Below are positions 62,961 through 64,000 of a stretch of DNA of 64,000 nt, one piece after another. The DNA is taken from positions 208,196,001 to 208,260,000 of the forward strand of contig OZ024741.1 of NCBI GenBank assembly GCA_964016885.1, given 5' to 3'. Position numbers and translations under genes: made by a program. The stretch's first letter is position 1, and each line of letters opens with the position of its first letter. Origin of the DNA: Eledone cirrhosa (taxonomy: Eukaryota). The notes under the pieces are model-generated. The model was not told the DNA's origin, did no database searches, and saw only the letters and a list, made by a program, of their open reading frames with translations.

Positions 62961-63807
62961 ATAATATAATATACTTTTTGCTGAAGTTGCCTGTTATTGT
63001 TGTTGGCTATGTCGGTGGTGGTGCTGGGGCATTTTATATTGTTGGTGAGGAAGGGGTGAGCCAGCAGTGCCATAGTTGTTGATGTTGACGTTTGGCCGGT
63101 GGCCAGGTCACTAAGTCAATCTATTTATATATTTTGCTAGCCTCTCCCTTGTCTAGTGATACCGCCACCTCCCCTTTCTCTCTCAAGTTAACAGGGGAAT
63201 AGTGGTGGTAGCACTGAAGGAGTGGTAGCGGCGGTGATGGGATAGTGGTAGCAAAGATGGATGGAGTGGTGGCGGCGGTGGCGTTGTCGTTACTGAGTTT
63301 TGTGATATGTAGTATCTATGAGTTTGTGTCGCGTTGTTTAATATATATTGTGTTGACATATTCCCGTAAAATTGGAATTAAACATTTTGTTAAAACTTGA
63401 GACAATAATAATAGTAATTATTATTATGATGCTGGGATTGGTGGTGGTGGTGGTGAAATTGCCGTTTTCTGGCTGTTATATTTAGTGTGATGGGGTAGGT
63501 GGTGTATCAAGTTGCTGGTGTTGGTGAAATTGCTGTTATTTGGCTGTTCTATATAGTGTAGACAGAGGGTGTTTTCTTCCATTTATAACCATTTTCTTTT
63601 TTGAATACAAAATATATAATACAAAATTGAATATTTGAGCGATATAACAATATAATATGGATCCGAAATTTTATGGGACTTGATTCGGTGGTTTATGCAA
63701 CATTTGTACTAAGAATTGTTATTTCACAATTGATTTAAATATGTTAAAAATCAAAAACTTACGGGAGCGATTTCATGACCTTCTACCACCACGTGCCTCT
63801 TCTTCCC

Positions 63808-63839
<32 letters not shown>

Positions 63840-64000
63840 GAATGCTATGGTTGACGGAGGCTCGGCTCTGTAAGGTATTGTAAATTTTGAATGCTATAAC
63901 AATTGTAAATTGTTTAAAACTTTAACGAACTTGTAGATAAAAACACCCTCCTCCCCGTGAGAGGGGTCTTTCTGCCCGTTATTTGGCACTTCGTGGTTAA
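63840..64000 (+). mobile_element. 5' end of another Tx1 family T1 element after (ATT)n; runs off the window
   Basis: Aligns with 44215-44375 from the first base (gaatgc...ttgacggaggctcggctctgtaagg). Confidence 0.9.

Overview
Repeat-dominated animal genomic DNA. The SINE and microsatellite content resembles cephalopod/octopus genomes, but this is an inference and was not checked. No host protein-coding gene can be supported. Layout: (1) 1-2717 is a G/T-rich 27-30 bp minisatellite. (2) About 3-28 kb is a (TA)n-rich zone with SINEs, a probable non-autonomous Helitron, RTE and CRE-like fragments, and a 5'-truncated Neptune-type Penelope-like element (RT + GIY-YIG) between ~1.1 kb inverted repeats. 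It also holds a dense set of type I hammerhead ribozyme motifs (about 8 well formed plus about 6 degenerate). (3) About 33-64 kb is an almost gap-free stack of non-LTR retrotransposons joined through (ATT)n tracts: R4/Dong-like RLE elements on the minus strand, and Tx1/L1-like APE elements and full-length SINE copies on the plus strand. The SINE and the Tx1-like LINE share a 3'-terminal motif, CCTTGTG-N8-AGAAA-N2-(ATT)n. The full-length R4-like copy has an HDV-ribozyme-like pseudoknot at its 5' end. Most short ORFs in the track are microsatellite or antisense artefacts. Everything was read by eye; no folding, alignment or database search was run.
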